From Trichosphaerium sp. ATCC 40318 (Eukaryota > Protista > Tubulinea): a DNA stretch of 64,000 bases. The position numbers and the translations under genes were made by a program. Each line of letters begins with the position of its first letter. Position 1 is the stretch's first letter. The stretch spans positions 1 to 64,000 of the forward strand of contig JALMLS010000130.1 of NCBI GenBank assembly GCA_038496445.1, written 5' to 3'. The notes beneath the pieces are model-generated. The model did not search any database. It was not told the origin of the DNA and saw nothing but the letters and a program-made list of their open reading frames with translations. Shown piece by piece: positions 1-10,483 of this stretch.

Positions 1-413
1 TGTGTATATGAGAAATGTGCATACATATTTTTACCAAAAAAAAAAAACCCAATTACAAACTCAAAATCGCTTGCATCTATATAACTCATCACTATGGATA
101 CCTACAAATCAATATTGCTTGTACCATGTTTATATGGCTTAATAACATATATGTACATACATAAAGTAATTAAAAATACATTTGTAAATGCAGCCTCCAA
201 ACGCAACTGCATGGTAAAAATATTTCAAAATTTGCAAAAAAAAAAAGTTCGCGCGTCGCTCACGGGCCATGTAGTGCACGAATATCATTTTCGATGCTGC
301 ACACCATAATAATATATGCCTGCCTAGCGGCACAGCCATGAAAGTAGCAAAATCTAATAAAATCAAAAAAGTAGAGGTTTAGGTAACCTTAACCCTAACT
401 AACAAAAATACAA

Positions 414-1080
414 ACACAGGTTTTTCGTGTTAAAAATATGACCGCGAGCTTGCGGTCGGAAACGAACACATTAAATACGTGTTACGTACACAACAGCAAG
501 CGTGCAATCAGTTATAAAGCAAGACCTTCAAAAAAAAAAACGGTTTTTAAAAAAGTACACACTTTTTATGTGTACAAAAACCGACCGCAAGCTCGAAGTC
601 AGGTACAAACACAATAAACATGTGTTGTATACTGTATACCAAGCGTGCAGTCAGTTATAAAGCAAGACTTTCAAAAAAAACGGTTTTTAAAAAAGTACAC
701 ACTTTTATGTGTACGAAAACCGACCGCAAGCTCGCAGTCATGTACGAACACATAAAAAGCGTGTTAAAAATCATACTGCAAGCTCGTGGTCTGTAAAAAA
801 AGCAAAACAACAAAAAAATATTTTAAAAAAAGTACACAATTTAATTGTGTACCAAAACCAACCGCCAACTAACGCGACTTTTGTACACGCGATATACATG
901 TTCTAATGTCGCAGTGAGCTCGTTGTTGTAAATTGAAGCAAAATAAAACAGTGTGAACCAAAACCAAACGAAAAAACAACGCACACGCGTTCTGCGTGTT
1001 ACGAAACCCCGTTTGAGTTTGGTTCTACCATGAAAAAAAACCGTATGGTAACGGAAAAATCGTACACATGAAAACCGTGT
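414..1080. repeat. Degenerate ~140-bp tandem array of ACAC-N9-GTGT dyads flanking a GACCGC-N6-GCGGTC quasi-palindrome
   Basis: Near-identical blocks caagcgtgca..cagttataaagcaagac..aaaacggtttttaaaaaagtacacac at ~498 and ~640. Unit starts at 414, 557, 697, 834 and probably 983. Eight exact ACAC-N9-GTGT dyads plus one with N8. Confidence 0.9.
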
Positions 1081-1166
1081 ACAAAAACTGTCATTTTTTT
1101 TTGAAAAATTTACTTGAAAAATTAACAAATTTAGGGTTTTAAAAAAACCATTTAAAAGCAAAAAAC

Positions 1167-1211
1167 CCCCTTTATTAGTCTTTAAAAATTAAAATAAGAC
1201 TAATAAAGGGG
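1167..1211. other. Perfect 16-bp inverted repeat (hairpin, 13-nt loop)
   Basis: cccctttattagtctt (1167-1182) is the reverse complement of aagactaataaagggg (1196-1211). Confidence 0.9.
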
Positions 1212-1213
1212 TT

Positions 1214-1357
1214 TTAAAAAAAAAAGAGTAAAAAAAAGAGGTTAGTACCTAGTTTTTTCTTCTTTCTGAGCTTAAGCTTGCCATCAGCTTCTTTGGAAGG
1301 CTCATCCTCATCAGAAAACTCAATGTTTATGAGAGAGAGGTCTTCATCTGAGCTCAT
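1214..1357 (-). CDS. Short acidic-then-basic orphan ORF or stranded first exon (MSSDEDLSLINIEFSDEDEPSKEADGKLKLRKKKKL...)
   Basis: Protein-like composition, NLS-like RKKKK, possible donor G|GTACTA. No downstream exons found. Confidence 0.3.
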   Translation of the reverse strand: MSSDEDLSLINIEFSDEDEPSKEADGKLKLRKKKKLGTNLFFLLFFF

Positions 1358-1673
1358 CCTTGATTTATGAAAAGTTAAAAAAGTAAAATGAGGCTTTTTT
1401 TCCCCCAATAATCGTGTTGAGAAATAGACAGAAAAATTTCGTGTTTCGAAATGTGAATTGGAAATTTCACTTGTTTAAAAAAAGTAAGAAAAAAATGAGA
1501 ATTTGACAGTTTGCAAGATTGTTGATGAGGTTCTGGGTTGTAAAAAACCCTATCTTGCTGTAACCCTACAGGGAGATTGTATGTGCAAAAAACATAAAAA
1601 AAAGCCAAAAAAATCGAAAAAATTTTACAACAGGGTAGAGTAGTGTACAAAAAAATACGGTTGGTACATACTC

Positions 1674-1870
1674 CTAAACCCTAACCCTAAACCCTAATTG
1701 GCTTCTAGGGTATAACCCTAATTGCTATTATTGTTGACTAGGGTTAGGGTTGAATGTTAAACTCCCAATTAGGCTAGGGTTAGGTTTACAACCCTATGGC
1801 AGATTAGGGTTAGGTTATTAAATGTTAGGATTAAGCTTTTTACAACCCTAATTACTATTAGGGTTAGGGC
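1674..1870. repeat. Interstitial telomere-like cluster, CCCTAA and TTAGGG in both orientations
   Basis: ctaaaccctaaccctaaaccctaa, tagggttagggtt and similar runs, arranged as ACCCTA-N(8/9/18)-TAGGGT dyads. Confidence 0.8.
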
Positions 1871-2166
1871 TAGTACCTTTACTTATGTTATACACATTTT
1901 TAATTATTTCCACTTATTAACATTGGTACTTGGTTATAGCTTTAATTGTAACACTTTTTCTTTTTAGAACATTATTTATGGATGTTAATAAGTTGTTTTT
2001 GTATACATTGAAGAGAGCAGAGTTTGGGGGATATTTATTTAAATATTAGTTTATTTTTAGATCTAGTATACTATTAGGGTAACTGCAACACTTTAGTTTA
2101 TTAGTTTCAACAAATACAACATTACAATTCTACAAACAATTAGTTTAAAACTACAAATTAATGGGA

Positions 2167-2743
2167 TTATTTACCATCTTTAACACGTAATGGAATACAT
2201 TGATACTGTGGAGTGCCATCTGCTGCAGGCTTAACAACTGTACAATGGGTACCAGGTGCACATTGAGGATTTTCAGGGATGCATTTAGTGTATGCCTTAC
2301 ACGGACACTTTCCTAAACATGACTGGTTTCTTGTATTAGCAAAACAACAAATACAATAACAGCGCATGTACTATCAACGTACCTGGTAAACAGCGTTTGC
2401 TTTGACTAAGCCGTTTTCACAATTATGGATCAAGATTTTACACCTATAAACCTCGTTAACAATGCGATGTCATTTTGCGAAAAACCGAACGTACGGGTTA
2501 GAGTACGTGTTACCGTCGGTACCGCAAACCGGGTTGTAGTCATCTGTACACATTGGGCACTTTTTCTTTCTGCGCTTGCCTTCTCCAGTGTCTGCGGCCA
2601 AGGTACCCTTAGCGGCGGGTAAGTAACGAAGATACATGGCGAGAAACAGGTCAAAAAACAAAAAAAGAGACACGTGGATACAAAATAAAGGTGTAGCGTA
2701 CCAATACCATTACGACTACCAACAATACCAATAACGTGTTCAT
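2167..2743 (-). CDS. Secreted Kazal-type protease inhibitor-like protein (4 exons)
   Basis: Signal peptide MNTLLVLLVVVMVL, Kazal motif CPMCTDDYNPVCGTDGNTYSNPC..., Cys-rich tail. GT-AG introns keep the frame. Confidence 0.85.
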
Positions 2744-2900
2744 ATCTTCCGTATCTGCGCCACAAGATATACTTGGAGAGTTTTGCTTACAAAGAACGTT
2801 GACCGTTTTTTACAACAAAATATTCTCCAACGAAATATTGGCCACACGATTCAAATTTCTCTTTGACGTTTCCATTTTCAGCAGCTAATACACTCGCAAC

Positions 2901-3471
2901 ATGTCGTCGAAACACAGTATCCTTTTTTTCTGCGCTTTAAAGGTTTTTTTTGTTCCAATGTTACAATAACAACCAGTTATTACGCCTTCACATTAATAGA
3001 CCCCGATTTAATCATGTGTGGTAAGATCTCAGGCATTGCTATTGCGCGGTACGCGTTTTGAACAGAAAACACTTTCACGCTCGTTTTACATACCCCCTAC
3101 TCCCTACTGACGTTACTATATAGCGTAGGAGACAAATACGACGGACAATGTGTTGGTTGGCAATGCGATAGCTTTGTAAACCCCCACACCATTGCCAGAG
3201 TGTGCGATGAATGCAATTACGGCGCCAACGAAGGAAGGTACGTTGTCGTTTAAATTTCAAAACAACATGTGCCAAAAAGAATTATTATAAGTACTAACGC
3301 GAGCGCAGGTGTATCATCACTGGCGAGCCGGGTGTGTCGGATGCTTACTTCTGCTCTGAATGCGTCAAATTAGAAAAGGACCGCGATGGGTGCCCTAAGA
3401 TCATCAACATTGGTTCCTCAAAAAAAGATATGTTCTACGAGAGGAAAAAGTATGGCTTTCAGCGCCGTTAA
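2901..3471 (+). CDS. PHF5A: PHF5A/Rds3 (SF3b splicing factor subunit), divergent, 4 exons
   Basis: Spliced product [113 protein letters not shown]. Confidence 0.95.
2917..2999 (+). other. Probable U12-type (minor spliceosome) GT-AG intron
   Basis: 5' site GTATCCTTT, branch-like GCCTTCAC about 10 nt from the AG, no pyrimidine tract. Removing it restores KHNPDLI. Confidence 0.75.
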
Positions 3472-3592
3472 GAGGTATCCAATAAAAAAAAGCACAAAAA
3501 ATATGAACAATAAAGCTGGTACACTTGTAAATTTAACTGTGTTTGTTTTACTAATTACAGAAAAAAAGAGTGTCAACGCTTTGTTTACGGTA

Positions 3593-4867
3593 CTATAATA
3601 TCTGTATTTTAGCACCCCTGTGATAAGGTGACACTGCAAATCTATATGAACTGTCTGAAAGTGACACGCTTTTGGATGTATGACCGTTATTGACAGAAAA
3701 TGCTACAGTTCGCATGTCCATGTCGAGTATGACTGAAACTACATCACCTACACATGCATTTTAGTAACTGTGGCGACTAAAACCTTTGCATACCCTTGGA
3801 GAATGATGGTAATCCACTAGCGCCATGTCCATCATTTGAATACAGCAAAGCGCTTGTACCATTTACAGCAGCTCCAGTTTTATAAACGCCACTACCAGGG
3901 AACGATCTAGCGTTACCACTATTGGTAGGAACTACACCAAACATGACATTTCTACTGCTATCGCATTGTAGTATCCTTTACAGAAAAAACAAACATGAGA
4001 TAGGTGGCCACTAAATATTTTCACGCACTTGAACTTGGCCACATGTTTGCCCGCTGAAATAGAACCCTGAATAAAAGCACAATCCCAACCTACACGCAAA
4101 AATTACATGTGTCATAAAATATGGATGATACAAAAAAAAGCCTTACCATTGCCATTATCCCTCCTCAACAAAGTGTTGTTATTGTGTAATGTAAAACAGC
4201 GTGATGGGTTACAATCGAAGCACATTGAAGAAGCACTAGGCACCTGGTCCGTTGGAGCGCATTTACTGTTACTTAACACAAGCTTGGTTAGCATTTCCAC
4301 CTTTTGGGTCAATTCTGTGACACGGCCTTCCAGTATTCCAACCTATACTTGGTATCAACAACCACGCACAGAGACATGTCAATACATACTGCTCGCTTAA
4401 GTATTTCAGTTTCACCTTTTTGAGCAAGCTTAGGTAGTTTTAGCGTGTAAGTGTTTGCTATGTTGAATCTATCGACTTCTGTAACCACGAGCTCAACAGA
4501 TTCTTCTGACTTTTCTACACGCAAGGAACAACCGAAATTCTAAGTTGAAAGTTAACCCTACCCTTCATCAAACACCCGAGCTTCACAGAAAAGAAGAAAA
4601 GCCAAAACAAATCTTAATACATACCTCTGCAATAGCATCCTTTAGAAGGAGTAGCACTTGAGACACTTTGTGGCATCTGTCGTTTGTAACAGCCTTCCCA
4701 GCTTTGTCGCCAACCAAATCGAGTAAATATAATTCCATCAATGATTTAGCTTCAATGCGCAGAGTGTTATCACTTTCATGAAACGTTAGCGTGAATGTAA
4801 CAGAATCCTTTGTAAAATTAACTTCTGTATCCAGCAAGGATGCTCCTGGCGTTCCTGTACAGTTCAT
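3593..4867 (-). CDS. SPRY/B30.2 domain protein (multi-exon)
   Basis: C-terminal exons SAGKHVAKF..NVMFGVVP..GDVVSVILDMDMRTVAFSVN..YRFAVS, typical of SPRY domains. Confidence 0.75.
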
Positions 4868-5060
4868 GACGTAACTACCATAAAATTAAAACCTCTAACA
4901 ACTGGTAATTGAACAAACACAAAAAAACATAAATAATAGTTGCGTACTTGTTTTTCGACTGAGGTGCGCGAGTGGGCGTTAAAATAAGGTCAAACAATAA
5001 CACAGAAATAGTTTTACCAAAAACGTGCCTAAACAGCGAAAAATAACTTCATAACACCTG

Positions 5061-5401
5061 ATGGGCAAGCGAGTCCTACGTCCGATTCCCCTTCGCAACT
5101 TTGGGGTGCTTGCAATTGGTGCGTTACAATTGTATTGAACAATAATTAAAAACGACACGCTAACGTTGTTTTAACTAATAGTAACCACCGCTGCGTATTT
5201 TACAATACACACTATGTTTACAGAGGGATGGTACGAACTCACCTTTACAAAACATCACCACACGACTCCCTTTACTAAATTTTATCCTGCAGGGAACCGA
5301 AAATTGGACAATACAACCTATTTGGCCCACCCAAAGGTGCTGTGTCTCCTGGGCCATCACTAAAGCGTAACACTGCGCCACCGACGCCACCAAGCGAATA
5401 A
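5061..5401 (+). CDS. Small single-pass membrane protein (~71 aa, 3 exons)
   Basis: MGKRVLRPIPLRNFGVLAIVTTAAYFTIHTMFTEGWEPKIGQYNLFGPPKG...PPSE*. Two clean GT-AG introns keep the frame. Confidence 0.7.
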
Positions 5402-5558
5402 TAAGGCATTATACCGCTCCTAGGATTCGTAACTGTTTTTTTTCTTTTTCCTAGTGTCACATTTTTCAAAGATGTCAGCTGTGGAACATGTAAATCATAA
5501 AACTCGATCATTTGTAAACAAGGTTTTTATTATTGGTTTCGCTCAGTACTGAGCGACA

Positions 5559-7363
5559 TTAAAGCGGCTTCTGTTCCGCAAACATTGCCTTCATATCGAG
5601 TCTGACATATGGTCTATCATATGCCAGTGTAGTATTCTTTCCAGGTACATTGACACCTGCGTTTGACACGTACATGTGCATCTTGCTCCAGTCATAGAAC
5701 TAATAGTATGAGTTAAGCATTGATATCTTGGCAAAAGGGCTAAGCGTACCACAACGTGCATGTCACCAGTCTCAAATTCAGCGGTAATGTGCTGTAATGT
5801 TACTTCTGCATTGTAATTACCATAATACTTTCTCATGAGCTTACTAAGTGAAACAGGTCAGAAAATGTAACGACAGTACCAAACCTTACGTCAAGCAAGT
5901 ATCGTTAGTTGAAGGTTGAGGGTTTTTGTCAAGGAAAACCAATCCATCCATTTGCGGATGATCTGTTACCCCCTTTAGTAAGAAAGCCAAGCAAATTAAA
6001 AATTTAACAAAAGGACGTACTTCCATAAAAAGGAAAGTTTTGATCATCAAAAACTACAAGAGATTAACCTACAGGGGACTTTTTTTTCTTTTTTTGAAAA
6101 CTCACCTTTCGTGTAATCATGAGCGTACTCTACGGCACGGAATTCGTTGGTGGCATCACCTAAACCAACAAAAATCGAACACGTTCTTCTTGCGTTGTTG
6201 ATACGGTTTAATGCATCATCTGTAGATTTGTCAAATTGCAAGATGTCACGTAGCAAGAAATGCCATGGGTATCCTCTACGAGAACTAGAACCCTTGTAAT
6301 GTATCCAAACCTTTTCACATACTGCAACAGGAGCAGATGACCAACCAGAGACAGCACCGATAAAACCAGCCCATGATACAATAGAATAGTCGTGCCCACC
6401 ATTACTTGGGTGATAAAACACTACAGTTGGAAATTGCTGAAGCGGACCTGAAGTGTCCCAGTCCAATGCACGCAATTGGTATAATGTGCCCTTGTGCCAG
6501 CGTAAATAAAACACTACTTTAATAACCGTACTGTTGTGTTAGCAATTGCTGGACCCCACGCGCCAAACATTGAACAAGCAGCCTATATTGGTTAATTAGA
6601 AATAAACATTTCAAAAAGATAGAGCCACACAGGTCACGTTCGTTCACTTTTTTTTTAAAGAAACCCGTACCTTAATGAGTTCTGGGAACATCATGGTACG
6701 GACTAATTCCATGTATTCCATTCCTGTAGCATCAGCAATACCATGCATTTCTTCCTATCGACAAGGTGAGGATGTGGATAATAATAATTGCAGAAATTGG
6801 TTGTTTACCAAAAAGTGTTTAGGCGTATAAGCGTTTGTTAAATAGAACGTTATGTCAAGCGCAGCAACAGAACCTCCTTTTTCTATGGCTGTTCGCATCC
6901 ACTTTGGTAAAAAGTGGATATACTTGTCAATAGTTGCATCAAGATAATTCATAAAATCACCAATGTTCTTCTTAATCTCATCCTTCAATAACTCTCCTTG
7001 GGCGTATCCCATCTCGTACGGCGTTCCTAGCATATGGTTACTTGGAAAGATGACGAGATGTGAAAGGGTCTCACTCGATAAAACAAAAAACGTAATAATT
7101 TTTTCGATTAGTTGCGCACCATAAACGTGTGGGATAAGCAAAGGCGGGTTGGCATGAGTGTGGCGGTACAATTTTCCGTTTTTTACTGTTTTAACCTACA
7201 CTTTATTACAAAAGGTACAATGACGAATTATACACAATCGTACAAGCTCAGGAGGGTCAGTTCCAACTGGTAACATGTTCGGTTTGCCAAGGCACCCGGA
7301 AGGTATAGAATCACCTGCGACGACGCACGCGAAAGCCACCAGTACTAAAATCTTAACTAGCAT
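5559..7363 (-). CDS. Secreted/lysosomal Ntn-hydrolase, acid-ceramidase-like (Dictyostelium Dcd1-like)
   Basis: Signal peptide, GTPYEMGYAQGELL, KAA-CSMFGAWG nucleophile motif, QLRALDWD, RTCSIFVGLGD. Confidence 0.85.
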
Positions 7364-7558
7364 GGCTTTTTCGCTGTACTATTCTGTAATCAAAATTGAA
7401 ACGAACAAGTTTTTATTTTGCGTTATTTTTTGCTACCCACAGTCAACGCTGGAAAACATTAACCACGCACTCTACCGGCTCTGTAAGCTCTAGGTAATAC
7501 TACCACATAGAAGGTTAATACAACCCCAGCGCAACTATCGCTTTAAATATCAAGCAAC

Positions 7559-8484
7559 ATGTATTACAAAGTATTGCAAGAACAGATGGGTCCAGACCAC
7601 GGTACTGATTTACTAGACGTCTACGAACAGCGCCTACAAGAAATCAAGGATCAAGGGAACCCATACTACGATATGGTGTTTATGGACCCACCAGCTGATG
7701 CCGGTTGGTTTACTAGGCTCCAACACAACTTCTCACAGTGGCAGTGGAAAAATACTATGCCTGATAGGAACGCTGGCATCGTTCGCTTCTGTTTGGGCAT
7801 ACAAAACAGCGACAAGGCAGCAAGAGCTCGGTACGTACAAGACTAAAATCGACAACTTCGAACTTGCTGCGTACTTTTTGCTTGGCAACTAACGAAATGC
7901 ACCAATGGCGTTAGTGGCAGTTTTTTTTGACAAAATGGCTGTGATTTTGTTGAAAGCTCAAATAATCGCTAAAACCTTACTCTTTAGCGTTTATTACCGA
8001 ACTATGATGCGATTTACTACGACACTTGGTGAAGGCAATTTCTGGGAGTCTCAGCGCAATGTGTTTTATGGAAAGACAGGAACAGCTCACTCCTTTGATG
8101 CGGCTAACGTAATGAATGACCGTTACTACCAGATGTACCAATTCAAAAAAGGTACAAACAAGAAAAAAGAGAAAGACAGGCCTGCCTTATTAGTTTTATT
8201 ACAACAAGCTTTGAAATAAGGCTAACCTTGTAAAACAACATAAATTTCGTGTTTGCTGATATCACTACTAGGTGCTCTCTCACCAGCAACTTACTTGCAA
8301 GACATGGAATTGCCTGTCAGACGTGAAACTATGTGGGTAAAATGGAAGCGTGAGGTACTGTTACAATCGAACTACCTGGTTCCCGAACTGTTTGTTGACA
8401 AACTAATAGGCTCTCGCTAATGGTACAAGCGACAAATTTCACTATAAATACGAACCAAATCGCGCTACAACTTCATCCCAATAG
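7559..8484 (+). CDS. Hypothetical protein (~190 aa, 4 exons)
   Basis: Exons join in frame via GT-AG introns (..KAARAR|VYYRTMM..QFKK|GALSP..WKRE|ALANG..SSQ*). No recognisable domain. Confidence 0.65.
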
Positions 8485-8816
8485 TTGTAAATTTTTGCGT
8501 TTAAAATGTACATTATTACTACCCCTACGTACCTACACCATCTCGCCATAAACTCTGGTATTCCTTTTACTCAACAATCGAACAAAAATACAAGTAAATA
8601 AATAAAAAAAAAAACGTGGACAATATTTGCAGTTATTTTTTTTGCTGTAACGACAATACCATGTGGCTGTTTATTGTTGGCATTGTTTGGATTTTTGGAG
8701 CATCATGCACAGATAGACGTTCACGAAGTTTATGGATACCAAACCGAAACAACAACTTTTTTGACTTTTCGAATTAACAATTTATTGCTTCTCAAAAAAA
8801 ATAAGGCACACACAAC

Positions 8817-10205
8817 ATGTCTTCACAGGTTGAGTTCAGGTTGGTGGCCGTCGGTGCTGGTGGAGTAGGTTAGTTTTGTACCCAATAGTGGGCCCAAATG
8901 CTCACTTGCTATTATTTGCAGGTAAATCCGCTCTTACAATACAGTTGGTGAAACAGCACTTCGTACGTTTAATTTACAACCCGCTACATTTATTTACCAA
9001 AAACCAACACAAATCAACACGGCTTTTACTAGCGAGGTTTTTTTTACGTTGCACCTGCCGTTTTGAACACTTGTGTTCCTTACGGGTTTCCTTGTGCACT
9101 CCAAAAGAAATTTTAGACGCCCCATATCGGAAATACGACACGCCGTTACTTTATTGTACGCGTTGTTATAGCTATGTGTAGGGTTTGATTGGTTAACTAC
9201 ATTTGTTTCTTTATTCTTTTTCGTGCAAATGGTTGTTTTGCCTAACTCCCTTCATTTAGGTCGATGAATACGATCCAACTATCGGTACACAATAAAACAA
9301 ACCTCCCTTTTACCAAACAGCTTGTAACCAGATTTACTGCAGAGGATTGTTACCGCAAACAAGCTGTGATAGATGAACAAGTAGCTATTTTAGACATACT
9401 GGACACAGGTAAGTTGGAATTACACCGTAGTGAACCTTTTTGGCAGCTTTTTTACAAATAACAAAACCGAAACAAACTCTAGATAGTTGTTAACGCTTTA
9501 TAGCTGGTCAAGAAGAATATTCTGCATTGCGTGAACAATATTTACGAGATGGGGAGGTAAATACCAATTTGGTTTTCTATTTTCGTAACAAACTAGCGTG
9601 GTTATCGTTTGTACTCACCGCAACAACTGTCTTTTCGGTTTTTTTTTATTTCCGAATTGAACTTAACACTAATCGGGCAGGGTTTTTTGGTTGTTTATTC
9701 AATCACCTCTAAAGCTAGTTTTGATGAACTAGATGATATTTGCGAGCAAATATGTCGCGTAAGGGATGTTGACGAGCTTACAGGTGTGCCAGTACGTTAA
9801 AATAAATTATTTATGACTTTTATTCATGCAACACGTACAGATCGTTATGATTGGTAATAAATGTGACTTGGAGAACCAACGTGAAGTTACAACAGCTGAA
9901 GGCAAAGAATATGCCACATCAATTGGAGCACATTTTTTCGAGTCTAGTGCAAAGCTCAGATTAAATGTTGAAGAAGCATTTTATCAGTTGGTTAGAGTAA
10001 TACGAAAGAATGTTGAGCCTGATACGGGCGCAAACAAAAAGCGTATGTGCAGTTCCTGCAAGGGACTATTTTTTTTTGCGAATCGCACTTTTCTTCAAAA
10101 CAAAAAAAAACGCGTTTCTGACTTTTTATAGAAGGCAAATTGCGCAAGTTCTCTCTTAGTTTTAGAGGTAAATCATCGCCGTTATCTAGATGCACACTAG
10201 TGTAA
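8817..10205 (+). CDS. Ras-family small GTPase
   Basis: GAGGVGKS, YDPTIED, DTAGQEE, NKCD, ESSAK and C-terminal CAAX CTLV. Confidence 0.95.
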
Positions 10206-10483
10206 ACAAAGCACGAAAAAAACCAGAATAAGTTACCAACCAGTGCCAAGGAGAAGCATTACAACGAAAATGTACTTCGTCAACCGTATATTTGTCTCTA
10301 TTGAGACAAATCAAAAAAGATCTTGTCTTGCATATTTAGCAAGTGTATTTTAGTATTTGTAAAAGTAAAAGGGGTCGTTACCAGCTTTGTGTTGCTTGTA
10401 TTTTAAGTTGCAAAAGTCGTTTCAGTTCTGTGGAATTCTGCCTCAAATTGCGGCTGAAAAACTTTTAAACTACCGCAAAAACG

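Noticed and set aside
414-1080. CRISPR-like array
   Set aside because: The units are long and degenerate, with no constant repeat/unique spacer pattern and no cas genes, in a eukaryotic context.
94-1161. ORFs in the first 1.2 kb
   Set aside because: Low-complexity translations of repeats and A-tracts with no protein-like features.
1674-1870. True telomere or chromosome end
   Set aside because: The repeats are short, interrupted, in both orientations and internal to the window.
5175-5511. Minus-strand ORFs of 72 and 78 aa
   Set aside because: They are antisense to a cleanly spliced plus-strand gene (5061-5401).
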